A stretch of DNA of 64,000 nt from Gammaproteobacteria bacterium (GCA_965221695.1 OZ244905.1:928001-992000); one strand, 5' to 3'; counted from the first letter of the stretch, positions 9,745 through 18,461 are shown. The notes: generated by a model from the sequence alone, not told the origin. Made by a program: numbers and translations.

Positions 9745-11034
9745 ATGCATGATCTACAACAACTGGCCTTGATCTGGGCCAGTGTTTTTATCGCCTCCTG
9801 GCTCGCGGCAAAGACCAAGCTTACGCCGGTTTTGTATTTTCTCGCGGCCGGTTGCGTGATGGTCAACCTGGGTTGGTTACCCACCCACAGCACGCCATTC
9901 ATTGCCGGGTTTGCCGAGGTCGGCATTATCCTGATCATGTTCGCGCTGGGGTTTGAAGCCAATCCGAACCATTTCGTCCGCAGCATGAAACGCAGTTGGG
10001 GTATTGCGCTGTTCGGCGCGCTGGCGCCGTTCATCGCTGCCTGGTCTTGTGCACAGTATTTCTGGGGCGACGATAACATCGCGCTGTTATGCGGCCTGAC
10101 GATGACTGCCACCGCAGTATCGCTGACCATGGTCTCATTGAAGAGCGAGGGCTTGCACCTGTCCGCCGCGGCAAACGGGATCATGACGTCGGCAATCATT
10201 GATGATATCGCTTCTCTTGCACTGGTTGCCATTTTGATCCCGGTAGCCACCGGGTCGAGCCAGTTGTCGATTGCCGGTATCGGGTTGATTGTATTAAAGG
10301 CGCTGCTGTTCTTTATTATCATCGTTATAATTGCCGTCTGGATCATGCCGCACAGCGCCGACAGGGGGCTGCTGAAACGCTATCCTGTGCTGGGGCGCTT
10401 CGGGATGATTAACCTGCTCGCGATAGACAATGGCAGCAAGGCAACCCTGGTCATCCTGCTTGTTGCGATCGCGATCAGCCTGCTCGCCCACCAACTGGGG
10501 CTGCACCCGGCCGTCGGCGCTTACATGGCAGGGCTGATTATCAGGGAGCAGTATTTTCATTTCGGCAGTAAGGAAAACAAGGATGTCCTGTACCGGGACA
10601 CGCGCAGGATCATTGATGATGTCGCCTTTTCCTGGATTGGCCCGATCTTTTTCGTCAACCTGGGGACCGAGATCGTCTTAGACCCGGTCATATTTTTTTC
10701 CGTTCTCGATGAAACCCTGGTCCTGCTGTGCAGCGTGTTTTTTGCCCAGGTGATTTCCGCCGCGGCGGCGGCGCGCTACACCGGCAACTTCAACTGGCAG
10801 GATTCCATGATGATCGGTTTCGGCATGCTGGGGCGGGCGGAACTGGCGTTTGTCGTGATGAATATCGCCTATATTCAACACGGCATCTTCACGGAGGAAG
10901 TGTTCTACACCCTGATGTTCACCATTTTCTGGCTGAACGTGGCCGTTCCCGTCACCATCCGATTATGGCGACCGTATTACTCAGGGGACAAACCACTGCC
11001 CGGCAGCAAAACAGGGCCTTACAGGCCGGGTTAG
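9745..11034 (+). CDS. Cation:proton antiporter (CPA2 / Na_H_Exchanger family)
   Basis: Multi-TM protein with AEVGIILIMFALG, TATAVSLT, AIIDDIASL and GMLGRAELA motifs; likely start ATG 9745, just after ccoS. Confidence 0.88.
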   Translation: MHDLQQLALIWASVFIASWLAAKTKLTPVLYFLAAGCVMVNLGWLPTHSTPFIAGFAEVGIILIMFALGFEANPNHFVRSMKRSWGIALFGALAPFIAAWSCAQYFWGDDNIALLCGLTMTATAVSLTMVSLKSEGLHLSAAANGIMTSAIIDDIASLALVAILIPVATGSSQLSIAGIGLIVLKALLFFIIIVIIAVWIMPHSADRGLLKRYPVLGRFGMINLLAIDNGSKATLVILLVAIAISLLAHQLGLHPAVGAYMAGLIIREQYFHFGSKENKDVLYRDTRRIIDDVAFSWIGPIFFVNLGTEIVLDPVIFFSVLDETLVLLCSVFFAQVISAAAAARYTGNFNWQDSMMIGFGMLGRAELAFVVMNIAYIQHGIFTEEVFYTLMFTIFWLNVAVPVTIRLWRPYYSGDKPLPGSKTGPYRPG

Positions 11035-11035
11035 C
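10995..11035 (+). repeat. 41-bp direct repeat, copy 1 (antiporter 3' end)
   Basis: ACTGCCCGGCAGCAAAACAGGGCCTTACAGGCCGGGTTAGC is identical to 15922-15962. Confidence 0.95.
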
Positions 11036-11061
11036 GTTTTCTCCTCTTGCCTGGTTCGCTG

Positions 11062-11505
11062 TCAAGGCCGGACGGGATGGCGGTCGGCAATACGCCATTC
11101 GGCGGGTTTGCCGCTGGCGTCATACAGTTCAATGGTGAACACGCCAGGGTGTGATGGCACCGCAATACCGGTGGTCATGCGTGTTTCCAAATCGTTTTTT
11201 CCGGCAACCGACTTCCACACGGGTGTGTCCCCGATCAGTTTGCCATTGAAGCCCAGTTTTAATTCCTGCGCTTTTGAACCGGTCAGGGTTACACGTATAT
11301 CCAAGGTATTGCCCGGATGGAAATCACCGCGGGTCTCCAGCATTACCATGCCATTTGCGAGTGGGCGTGTGCCGTGCTCCTGCCACATGTCCGGGCCGGA
11401 ACACATATATGGGGTCAGGGCAAAGCTGAGCATAATCATTGCCAGGGAGGGCCAGCGCCAGACACCCATTCCTTGCCAGACCAGCGCGGCGGGCTGGATT
11501 TTCAT
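11062..11505 (-). CDS. Membrane-anchored periplasmic protein, putative FpvH-like partner of the PepSY protein
   Basis: ATG 11505 overlaps the PepSY TGA (ATGA). One N-terminal TM helix (WRWPSLAMIMLSFALTP) is followed by a beta-rich soluble domain. Confidence 0.6.
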   Translation of the reverse strand: MKIQPAALVWQGMGVWRWPSLAMIMLSFALTPYMCSGPDMWQEHGTRPLANGMVMLETRGDFHPGNTLDIRVTLTGSKAQELKLGFNGKLIGDTPVWKSVAGKNDLETRMTTGIAVPSHPGVFTIELYDASGKPAEWRIADRHPVRP

Positions 11506-12623
11506 GCCGCTGCAACGGGGAGTTGCGGACCTGGTGAACACTTACCGGCAATCCGCAGACCGTAAATTACCACACCGGTCAGCGACAGCATGGACAACAG
11601 CAGTCCGAATACGAACCAGATAACCCGGGTAAGCAAACCGCCCCAGGTTCCGAAGTGTAATGGATCGGCCATCTCCGACAGACGTTGGTGAAAATTCAGT
11701 TGTTCACCGCGATAGCTGCCGGTGACCGTGAACGCCGACGGGTCTACAAACACCGCATTGGCTCTGTTGCGCACCAATAGCGCCCGGGCCTGGCCCGTCA
11801 CCGCAATACTTGCGGAAGGTTGTCCGGGAAAGTGTATCTCACTCACGTCAAGATCAGGCTCATGCGCACGCGCGACGGCTACGATACGATCCAGGTCACC
11901 GCCTGAGAGACCTACAGACAGCTCAGCGTCCCGCGCAAGCGCGGTTTCTGGCCTTGGCAACGGCGGGGCAGCGCCTCCCAGGGATTTTTCCGCCAGGTAC
12001 CACACGCCTGTCAACGCGATAACAGGGATAAACCAGAGCGACCAGATCGCCCCCAGGCGATGCAGGCCCCCGACCCAGCGGCGGGTTCTGCGCTGAAAGC
12101 GGGGAGCACGAAAGTAACCAGTCCAGAACCGCCTGTACACGATGATGCCGGTCACCATCGACAGGATCAGAACGAACGAAAACATACAAACGATGGGTAT
12201 GCCGATAGCATTAGGCAGCATCATGTGACGGTGGGTTTGGCGCAGGAAGCGTTGCACGTTGAACCACCCGGTTACACCCCGGTACTGGCCGCTGTAGGGG
12301 TCGATCCATACGCGCAACAATTTCCCGGAAGGCGACACGAACACCGCCTGCACAGCCCACCAAGGGTCCTTGTGCGCCAGCAACGCGTTCAGCTTTCCAT
12401 CCGGATAAGCTGCGCGCGCGCTGGCATAAATCTGCCCCCAGGTAGTTGTTTGGCGCGATTTGCCGGTTTTATCCGAATACGCGACGCGCATTTCCGGGTT
12501 CAGCAACCAGTCAATCTCGTAGCTGAAAACCGCCAACGTGCCGGTGATAAGGATAAAACTCATCATCAAAGAGAGTTTCAGCCCCAACCAGGAATGGAGC
12601 GCCCAGAGTGCACGGCGTTTCAA
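11502..12623 (-). CDS. PepSY-associated TM helix protein (FpvG/FoxB-like ferric-siderophore reductase)
   Basis: LHSWLG, TGTLAV..EIDWLLNP, DPYSG, LHRLGAIWSLWF and ADPLHFGTWGG motifs; lies downstream of the TonB receptor. Confidence 0.88.
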   Translation of the reverse strand: MKRRALWALHSWLGLKLSLMMSFILITGTLAVFSYEIDWLLNPEMRVAYSDKTGKSRQTTTWGQIYASARAAYPDGKLNALLAHKDPWWAVQAVFVSPSGKLLRVWIDPYSGQYRGVTGWFNVQRFLRQTHRHMMLPNAIGIPIVCMFSFVLILSMVTGIIVYRRFWTGYFRAPRFQRRTRRWVGGLHRLGAIWSLWFIPVIALTGVWYLAEKSLGGAAPPLPRPETALARDAELSVGLSGGDLDRIVAVARAHEPDLDVSEIHFPGQPSASIAVTGQARALLVRNRANAVFVDPSAFTVTGSYRGEQLNFHQRLSEMADPLHFGTWGGLLTRVIWFVFGLLLSMLSLTGVVIYGLRIAGKCSPGPQLPVAAA

Positions 12624-12686
12624 TGGTCTGCACTTACCTTGCGCGGGTAGTCTTCTGTTAGCTTATCCCTGTTGTATTTCGGCTTT

Positions 12687-15002
12687 TCAGAACTCATAGG
12701 CTGCGGACACCGCAAAAGTGCGTAGGGCCGCCGTACCGACACGGATAGCGCCAAGCAATTCGCTGGCAAATGCCTGGGCCTGGCGATATTCCTTATCGAA
12801 CACGTTGCGCACATTGACCTGGATTTTCCACGGTCCACGCTTGTAGTATCCGGCAACATCGACCTGCTCCCAAGAACCATACTGCGCGCGATTTTCATAA
12901 CTGACGTAAACATCACCCTGGTGGAACAGGCCGCCACCCAATCCCAACAGGCCGTTCAAAACGGAAATTTCGTAAAACGTAAACAGGTTGAAATTATGTT
13001 TTGCTATTCCAGGCAAACGGTTCCCCTTGGTGAATTGAGCGCCGAATTCACCGGTTCCACCTGTACTGAACGAATTGTCGATATAGCTGTAACCGGCGCG
13101 TATTCGCCAATAATCAGTAATGTTGCCAACCAGTTCGACCTCAAGACCATCGCTGGAAATGCCGCCGATATTGTCGTAACGGATATCGCCTGCCAGGGTC
13201 GCATTCCCTTCGCTATCGAACGGATTTGCCACATAAGGCACATCTTCAAGGTCGACAGTGTATAGCGCGCCGGTCAGCAACAGATCCTCATCGAACAATG
13301 CCCACTTGAAACCTAGCTCCCAGGCTTTCGAGGTTTGTGGGTCGACAGTGCGATCATCCATGCCAAGCAGGCCGCCGGATGGCGTATAGCCCTGGGAATA
13401 ACTCAGATAGGTCGAAAAGCTGTCTGCCGGTGAATAGACCAGTCCGCCCCTGAAACTGAAATCATCGTCGGTAAAATCACCATTCTTATCCTCGAAGTCC
13501 GAATAACGACCACCGACAAGCACGCCGACACGCTCACCAAAACGAATATAGTCCAATACATTGACGCCAAGTTCGTTGAAGTCCTGGTTCGTTGATGTGC
13601 CCCGGCTGCGAATCCGGAAAATTACCGACTCCGTGGCCCGGGTGATATCCGGGTCGTTGAGCTCTTCCTGCGTGAACTGCGTGAAGTACTCGCCTGAGGC
13701 AACATTGAAAAACACATTTCGGTCGCCGCGGAAATTCTCTGATCGTGTGCTGAAATCTTCCCACGTCACCGAAGCAAGGATTTTGTGTTCAAGCTGCGCG
13801 GGGCCCTGAAAATTCAGGATATTCTTGAATGCGATCCGTTGTGTTTTGCCGGAACCCTCTGACATACGGGGCTGAATCAGAACCAGGTCAGCAACTGGCG
13901 AGCCCGGCGGTCCTACTATATCCCGGTTCGACGTGATAAAGCGTGGCGACGAATCGACATTGAGTTTGTCGTTATCGGTACGCGCATAGCTCAGTTCTGC
14001 CTGCCAGAATTCACCGAAGCGGCGCTCCAGGACTACATGGAAACGCTTGGATTCGGCCTCGGTCTTGTCGTTATGGTTAGGAATCCCGAAGAACTGGCTG
14101 CTGTCCAGCCGGTCACTATAGAAATAACCATCAACCATATTGCCGTCCAGTACCTGTCCACGATCCTGTGTGTAGTTATCGTCGATGTACTCATAACTGA
14201 GGTTCAGACTCGTTGAAGCGCCAAGTTCAAAGGTGAGCGATGGGTTCAGGAGCAGGCGCTTGCGAAACACCTCATCCCGGTAACTGTCCGTATCCTGGTA
14301 AGCGCCAACCAAGCGGTAAGCCACGCTGTCACCCTCCCATAGGGGAACAGGACCGGTAATATCAAACTCGGCCTTATAGAAGTCATCGCTCCCGCCAATC
14401 AGCTCTACACTCATATTCTGCTCGAACTGAGGACGCTTGGTCACATAATTGATAATTCCTCCCGGTTCCCCTTGCCCATAGAGCAAGGCAGAAGGTCCCT
14501 TGAGCACATCAATGCGCGCGATATTGGCGGTTTCCGTCGAGGGGATGTTGGATGCATTAAGCGCATTATTGATGCGCGCGCCGTCCTTGTAAATTGACTG
14601 TGATGCATCGAAGCCACGGATGGAGAATTTCTCCTCGCCGCCATTCCCGGTCTTGAATTTGGTCACGCCGGCGACGTTACGCAGCGCATCATCAACATTA
14701 TTCACCTGCTGGTCCAACAACAGGTCCTGGGGGATAACACTCACCGCCGCCGGGGTGTCAAACAGCGACAGGTCCAGGCCGAGGGCAGTCTGTGATGACG
14801 CCGGCAGATAATCACGCCGATGCGCGGTTACCCGCACCTCTTCGATTGTATCGTCCCCGGCAACATTCGCACCGGAATCTTCGGCCTGTCCCGCCCACGG
14901 GGCTAAGACGCACAGGATAGCTGCGGGAATCGCGCCAACCCGAATACCGTATTGGCGCAATAGTAAATTGACGAACCGGCAATATGCCTTGCCAAATCTC
15001 AT
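12687..15002 (-). CDS. TonB-dependent siderophore-type outer-membrane receptor
   Basis: Signal peptide, TonB box (DTIEEVRVTA), plug motifs (IRGF; IDVLKGPSALLYGQGEPGGIINYVTKRP) and C-terminal Phe (AYEF). Confidence 0.95.
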   Translation of the reverse strand: MRFGKAYCRFVNLLLRQYGIRVGAIPAAILCVLAPWAGQAEDSGANVAGDDTIEEVRVTAHRRDYLPASSQTALGLDLSLFDTPAAVSVIPQDLLLDQQVNNVDDALRNVAGVTKFKTGNGGEEKFSIRGFDASQSIYKDGARINNALNASNIPSTETANIARIDVLKGPSALLYGQGEPGGIINYVTKRPQFEQNMSVELIGGSDDFYKAEFDITGPVPLWEGDSVAYRLVGAYQDTDSYRDEVFRKRLLLNPSLTFELGASTSLNLSYEYIDDNYTQDRGQVLDGNMVDGYFYSDRLDSSQFFGIPNHNDKTEAESKRFHVVLERRFGEFWQAELSYARTDNDKLNVDSSPRFITSNRDIVGPPGSPVADLVLIQPRMSEGSGKTQRIAFKNILNFQGPAQLEHKILASVTWEDFSTRSENFRGDRNVFFNVASGEYFTQFTQEELNDPDITRATESVIFRIRSRGTSTNQDFNELGVNVLDYIRFGERVGVLVGGRYSDFEDKNGDFTDDDFSFRGGLVYSPADSFSTYLSYSQGYTPSGGLLGMDDRTVDPQTSKAWELGFKWALFDEDLLLTGALYTVDLEDVPYVANPFDSEGNATLAGDIRYDNIGGISSDGLEVELVGNITDYWRIRAGYSYIDNSFSTGGTGEFGAQFTKGNRLPGIAKHNFNLFTFYEISVLNGLLGLGGGLFHQGDVYVSYENRAQYGSWEQVDVAGYYKRGPWKIQVNVRNVFDKEYRQAQAFASELLGAIRVGTAALRTFAVSAAYEF

Positions 15003-15121
15003 TGATTAGTTCCTCCATCGATGAGAGTCTGGCTGGCGGCTTGAGATCGCGCATCAGTACGGCAAAGGCGATGAAGCTGGCTGGCTTGACTGAAATAATT
15101 GTTAAGCTATATTTCGCATCA

Positions 15122-15140
15122 AATGCGAATAATTCTCATT
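15122..15140 (-). promoter_or_regulatory. Fur box overlapping the -10 of the TonB receptor promoter
   Basis: AATGCGAATAATTCTCATT is a near-perfect 9-1-9 palindrome; TTGACA lies on the minus strand at 15167-15162. Confidence 0.8.
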
Positions 15141-15335
15141 ATTAACTATGATGCGTATGCCTGTCAAGAAAAATCGGATTTCGAGCAACCCTCCTTGCTA
15201 TGAGGCATTGTATTATTGCTCCCGTCTGTGCGCGCAAACCCTGAATTAATCCACCAAGAGGTTTTAGCCCTATCATGTCAAACTATTACATATCGTTTGT
15301 GTAACGGTTTACTCTTCCGGCGCGAACTGGAGGGT

Positions 15336-15491
15336 TCACTTGGTCAATATCAGTTTGTTATTCGCGGTGATACGCAGAAGATAACGCTCATTGTTATGCA
15401 AAATATAAATCTCCCGGTCCCGGCCGATCAGTTGATGACTGTCCACCTGTTTCGGCACCGGCGTTTTTTTTATCTCACCCGTGTTTGCCAT
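15336..15491 (-). CDS. hemP: Hemin uptake protein HemP/HmuP
   Basis: Not in the ORF track. 51 aa MANTGEIKKTPVPKQVDSHQLIGRDREIYILHNNERYLLRITANNKLILTK, ending in the hallmark Y-x-LR-x-T-xxx-KLILTK. Confidence 0.92.
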   Translation of the reverse strand: MANTGEIKKTPVPKQVDSHQLIGRDREIYILHNNERYLLRITANNKLILTK

Positions 15492-15497
15492 TATGAT

Positions 15498-15719
15498 TTA
15501 ATGGCTGTGGATACTCAGGTTATCGTGCGCCTTGTGTCCATAGTGTTTCCTGTATATGGAGCTAAACGCCCCGCAGATATTTTCAAACACCTCTTCCCGC
15601 AAACGCAGGCTCAGCGGACCGATATGCACGTGATACATCCGGCAGTCGGGGCATTGGGTAATGGAACAGTATTCAGATTGTACAACAGTCACTGTTTGAC
15701 AGGTTGCATGCTGGCTCAT
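15498..15719 (-). CDS. Small Cys/His-rich hypothetical protein
   Basis: 73 aa with CxxxxCxxC, HVHIGPLSLRL and a His-rich tail; GGAG RBS; ends 6 bp upstream of hemP. Confidence 0.75.
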   Translation of the reverse strand: MSQHATCQTVTVVQSEYCSITQCPDCRMYHVHIGPLSLRLREEVFENICGAFSSIYRKHYGHKAHDNLSIHSH

Positions 15720-15751
15720 GGTTTTACTCCATCACAAGATATATTAATGCT

Positions 15752-15770
15752 AATGAGAATAGTTATCATT
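15752..15770 (-). promoter_or_regulatory. Fur box upstream of the small-protein/hemP operon
   Basis: AATGAGAATAGTTATCATT has 2 mismatches to AATGATAATnATTATCATT; TTGACA lies on the minus strand at 15799-15794. Confidence 0.82.
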
Positions 15771-15921
15771 TAGCTTATCATCCAATAAATCCGTGTCAAG
15801 TATTTATTTCATTATTTCATTACGCGAATAAAGTCCTAGCGACCAGGTGTGAAGCTGAAGGATTGACTTTACTCAAGAGAGCGCAGAAAAGGCGGCACAT
15901 GAATCATTCAGAGAACATGTA

Positions 15922-15962
15922 ACTGCCCGGCAGCAAAACAGGGCCTTACAGGCCGGGTTAGC
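15922..15962 (+). repeat. 41-bp direct repeat, copy 2
   Basis: Identical to 10995-11035. Confidence 0.95.
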
Positions 15963-16076
15963 TCGGATATTGCGCCAATGGATGCGATGATCGCACAGGA
16001 TTTTTCCGGGCCGGCTGTTAGAGAATGTGTAACCGGCGATTTATACAGAAATATTTACAGTCCCGCTGTAGAACTG

Positions 16077-16802
16077 TCACTCAAATACCCGGGGTTCAAA
16101 ACCAGCCCGGTTGACAATGCTGGCGCTGCTGCCGGTCGCCCTGATAACGAATAATCCCTGCCGCTCGGCATACCTCACCACACTCGAATCCGCCTTCAGG
16201 TAGGCCACGGCTCCCAATACCCGATGACCACGGTAACGGCGCATCCAACTCGTGAAATTCTCCAACTTCTCCACAAACTCCGTTACCGCCTCAGACCGTA
16301 ATGTCGTCTTTACTTCCACAACCACCACATCGGTCGTATTATCTGCAACTATGTCAAACTCGTAACTGTGGCCATTGCGTTGCCCTTTCACATTGGTTGA
16401 AGTCTGCTCAACCGTTATCTGTCGGGTTTGCAACAACGGTAACAGGTCGCCTTCGACCAGGCTTTCCATCAGTTTGCCCCATTGACTGGTAAACAATGCC
16501 TCCGTCTTTTTTATTTGTTCAGAGGTTTCTTTTACTTGCTGCTCGGTCTCTTTAACCTGTTGTGCGGTTTCCCTCACCTGCTGCTCTGTTTCCTTCAGCC
16601 TTCGGTCAGTCTCTTGCATCTGCCGATCGGTCTCCTTCAGCCTTCGGTCAGTCTCCTGCATCTGCCGAGCGGTCTCCTTCTGACGTTCGGATAATTCCTT
16701 GTTCCACACAGACAGTTCTTTATTGTTTTGTGAAACCTGGCGTAGTATGGCCCAAATTTCATCCGGGGTGGCGGGGGTGGAATTTGTAGGTTTATGTTCC
16801 AT
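16077..16802 (-). CDS. Coiled-coil heptad-repeat protein with C-terminal PD-(D/E)XK nuclease-like domain (DUF3782-like)
   Basis: AGGAG RBS before ATG 16802; (K/Q)ETDRRL/ETEQQV heptads; EFDIVA...VVVVEVK catalytic-like motif. Confidence 0.78.
   Translation of the reverse strand: MEHKPTNSTPATPDEIWAILRQVSQNNKELSVWNKELSERQKETARQMQETDRRLKETDRQMQETDRRLKETEQQVRETAQQVKETEQQVKETSEQIKKTEALFTSQWGKLMESLVEGDLLPLLQTRQITVEQTSTNVKGQRNGHSYEFDIVADNTTDVVVVEVKTTLRSEAVTEFVEKLENFTSWMRRYRGHRVLGAVAYLKADSSVVRYAERQGLFVIRATGSSASIVNRAGFEPRVFE
16500..16680 (-). repeat. In-frame 21-bp (7-aa) tandem repeats including a near-perfect 42-bp duplication
   Basis: 16591-16632 and 16633-16674 differ at 2 positions; they encode KETARQM QETDRRL KETDRQM QETDRRL KETEQQV... 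Confidence 0.85.
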
Positions 16803-16980
16803 TATCCTTCTCCTGTTATAAGTTGAATGTGAGATTAACAACAAGCGCCAGTTTGCTTGTCAAGCTTATGTTAACACGTATTGGCGCAAGCCAACATAAG
16901 AAGTTCCGCCGTTCACTTGTTAATAATGGAAACTAACGCGCAAACCTTGAATTAATGTGCGAAAACGTTATAGTCACCTC

Positions 16981-17586
16981 ATGTCAATACCAGTGCATAC
17001 CGCAAATTCCTGTGCTCACACGCTACTGTTCAGCGCGCTCCTGCTAACGACTCCGGGGCTGCTCGCGAGCAGCGTCAAACTCAGCGATAAAGCGGTGCAG
17101 GAAGTGGAAAAAACGGTGATTGATTCTGCGGAGGAGGAAAAACAACGCCAGGCCATTGCGGTGATGCTGGCCGAATACGAGATTGACGGAAGGAAACTGC
17201 TTGACGGGCTGGATGAAAATCCGGACAGGACCAGGATTGACGAACAGGCCGGCGTCCTCCTGTCTGCGGGTGAGATGATTATGGATTGGGCGCGTTTTCG
17301 TTTGCAACAATGCGATGAATACCTGGAGAAAGCCCGGGAACTCAAGGCAAAGATTGCCGACATTACCCTGGAAACGCTGGAGAAAGATTATCATCATGAC
17401 GGCGCTTTGCCTAAAGCGCCACCGGAGTGTTACCACGTAAAAGATACTTTCGTACATCCCGCCACGGTACTGGCGCTTACCCGCGATGACCCTGCCCTTG
17501 CAGAGGAAACCATTACCGCTATCAGGGCGGAGATCCAGGAAGTGCTAGGCCATACGGAAGTCGTCCGGCAACTGGTCGTGTATTAA
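16981..17586 (+). CDS. Secreted helical hypothetical protein with a His/Cys cluster
   Basis: Signal-peptide-like LLFSALLLTTPGLLA; QQCDEYL, DYHHDGALP and ECYHVKDTFVHPAT motifs. A second, mostly synonymously diverged copy of the 3' end supports coding status. Start is 16957 or 16981. Confidence 0.8.
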   Translation: MSIPVHTANSCAHTLLFSALLLTTPGLLASSVKLSDKAVQEVEKTVIDSAEEEKQRQAIAVMLAEYEIDGRKLLDGLDENPDRTRIDEQAGVLLSAGEMIMDWARFRLQQCDEYLEKARELKAKIADITLETLEKDYHHDGALPKAPPECYHVKDTFVHPATVLALTRDDPALAEETITAIRAEIQEVLGHTEVVRQLVVY

Positions 17587-17648
17587 CCCGTCACCATCAG
17601 GTTATGGCGACCTTATTATTCAGGAGAAAAGCCACTGCCCGGCAGCAA
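17587..17648 (+). pseudogene. Displaced, diverged copy of the antiporter 3' coding segment
   Basis: 62 bp matching 10948-11009 with 7 differences; it encodes PVTIRLWRPYYSGEKPLPGS versus ...SGDKPLPGS. Confidence 0.88.
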
Positions 17649-17683
17649 TAGTACTCTTTCAATTAAATTATGAAAGAGTACTA
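17649..17683. terminator. 13-bp hairpin between convergent genes
   Basis: TAGTACTCTTTCA-N9-TGAAAGAGTACTA. Confidence 0.55.
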
Positions 17684-18421
17684 GAGTTCCTCAGGCGGTT
17701 CGTTATTTTCATAACTTCCTATCCTGTCGCGGACCATATTTTCCAGCCTAACCACATCGTCAATGTGGAGACGATTTTTCTCTTTCCGAATCAGTCCGCA
17801 AGAAGTAAGCTCCGTCATCTCCCTGGATATCGCTTCCCTGTGGGTGCTGATGCGGTTGGCGAGTTCAACATGTCTTGGCGCCGGTGATATGGTCGCGGTA
17901 TTAGGGTTGTCCATATTTCTCCAGGCAAGTCGCAGCAGTTCAGCATGGAGTCTGTTTCTGACATCCAGGGAACTGAATTCCACAATCCGTCGTGACAGTA
18001 TCCTGACAAGTTGGGCAAAGCGCATAAACGTCCTGGACATGACCGAAGGATATAACTGTAAAATCCACAGAAAATTCTCAGCGGACATTGCCGCAAGCAG
18101 AGTATTGTCAAGGCTGACCACATAGGCAGAGCGGGATTTTCTGTCCATGGCGGTAATTTCACCGAACATTTCTCCAGCGACCTGTTCTCCAAAAGATATT
18201 TCTCTTCCCGAAGCGGTATAAATCGCGACCTTGACCTTGCCGCTGATGATGAAATAAACATCAGTGTCAATATCATTATCGGCTGTGATGATGTCTCCCT
18301 CAGCAAATTGCAATCCCCGGCATTTATCAGCAATCATCTTACGCTCGTTGAAAGAAAGGTCACTAAATATCTCAACTGCGGATAATACCCCTGCTGATAT
18401 CTCGATAGTTTTTCTTGTCAT
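17681..18421 (-). CDS. Crp/Fnr family transcriptional regulator
   Basis: cNMP-binding domain (VYFIISGKVKV, GEMFGEITAMDRKSRSA) and HTH (HVELANRISTHREAISRE); likely start ATG 18421. Confidence 0.9.
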   Translation of the reverse strand: MTRKTIEISAGVLSAVEIFSDLSFNERKMIADKCRGLQFAEGDIITADNDIDTDVYFIISGKVKVAIYTASGREISFGEQVAGEMFGEITAMDRKSRSAYVVSLDNTLLAAMSAENFLWILQLYPSVMSRTFMRFAQLVRILSRRIVEFSSLDVRNRLHAELLRLAWRNMDNPNTATISPAPRHVELANRISTHREAISREMTELTSCGLIRKEKNRLHIDDVVRLENMVRDRIGSYENNEPPEEL

Positions 18422-18461
18422 TATTATCTCCCGTGTGGTTGATAGCCCGTCCAGGAAAATA

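Noticed and set aside
11490-11545. Frameshifted single PepSY gene
   Set aside because: The junction is a clean ATGA stop/start overlap and the upstream protein has a complete TM set, so two coupled genes is more parsimonious. It cannot be fully excluded without homolog alignment.
15216-15773. 185-aa plus-strand ORF
   Set aside because: It is the antisense shadow of hemP, the Cys/His gene and their Fur box, and has no recognisable motifs.
16500-16680. CRISPR array
   Set aside because: The repeats are contiguous in-frame 21/42-bp coding units without unique spacers, and no cas genes are present.
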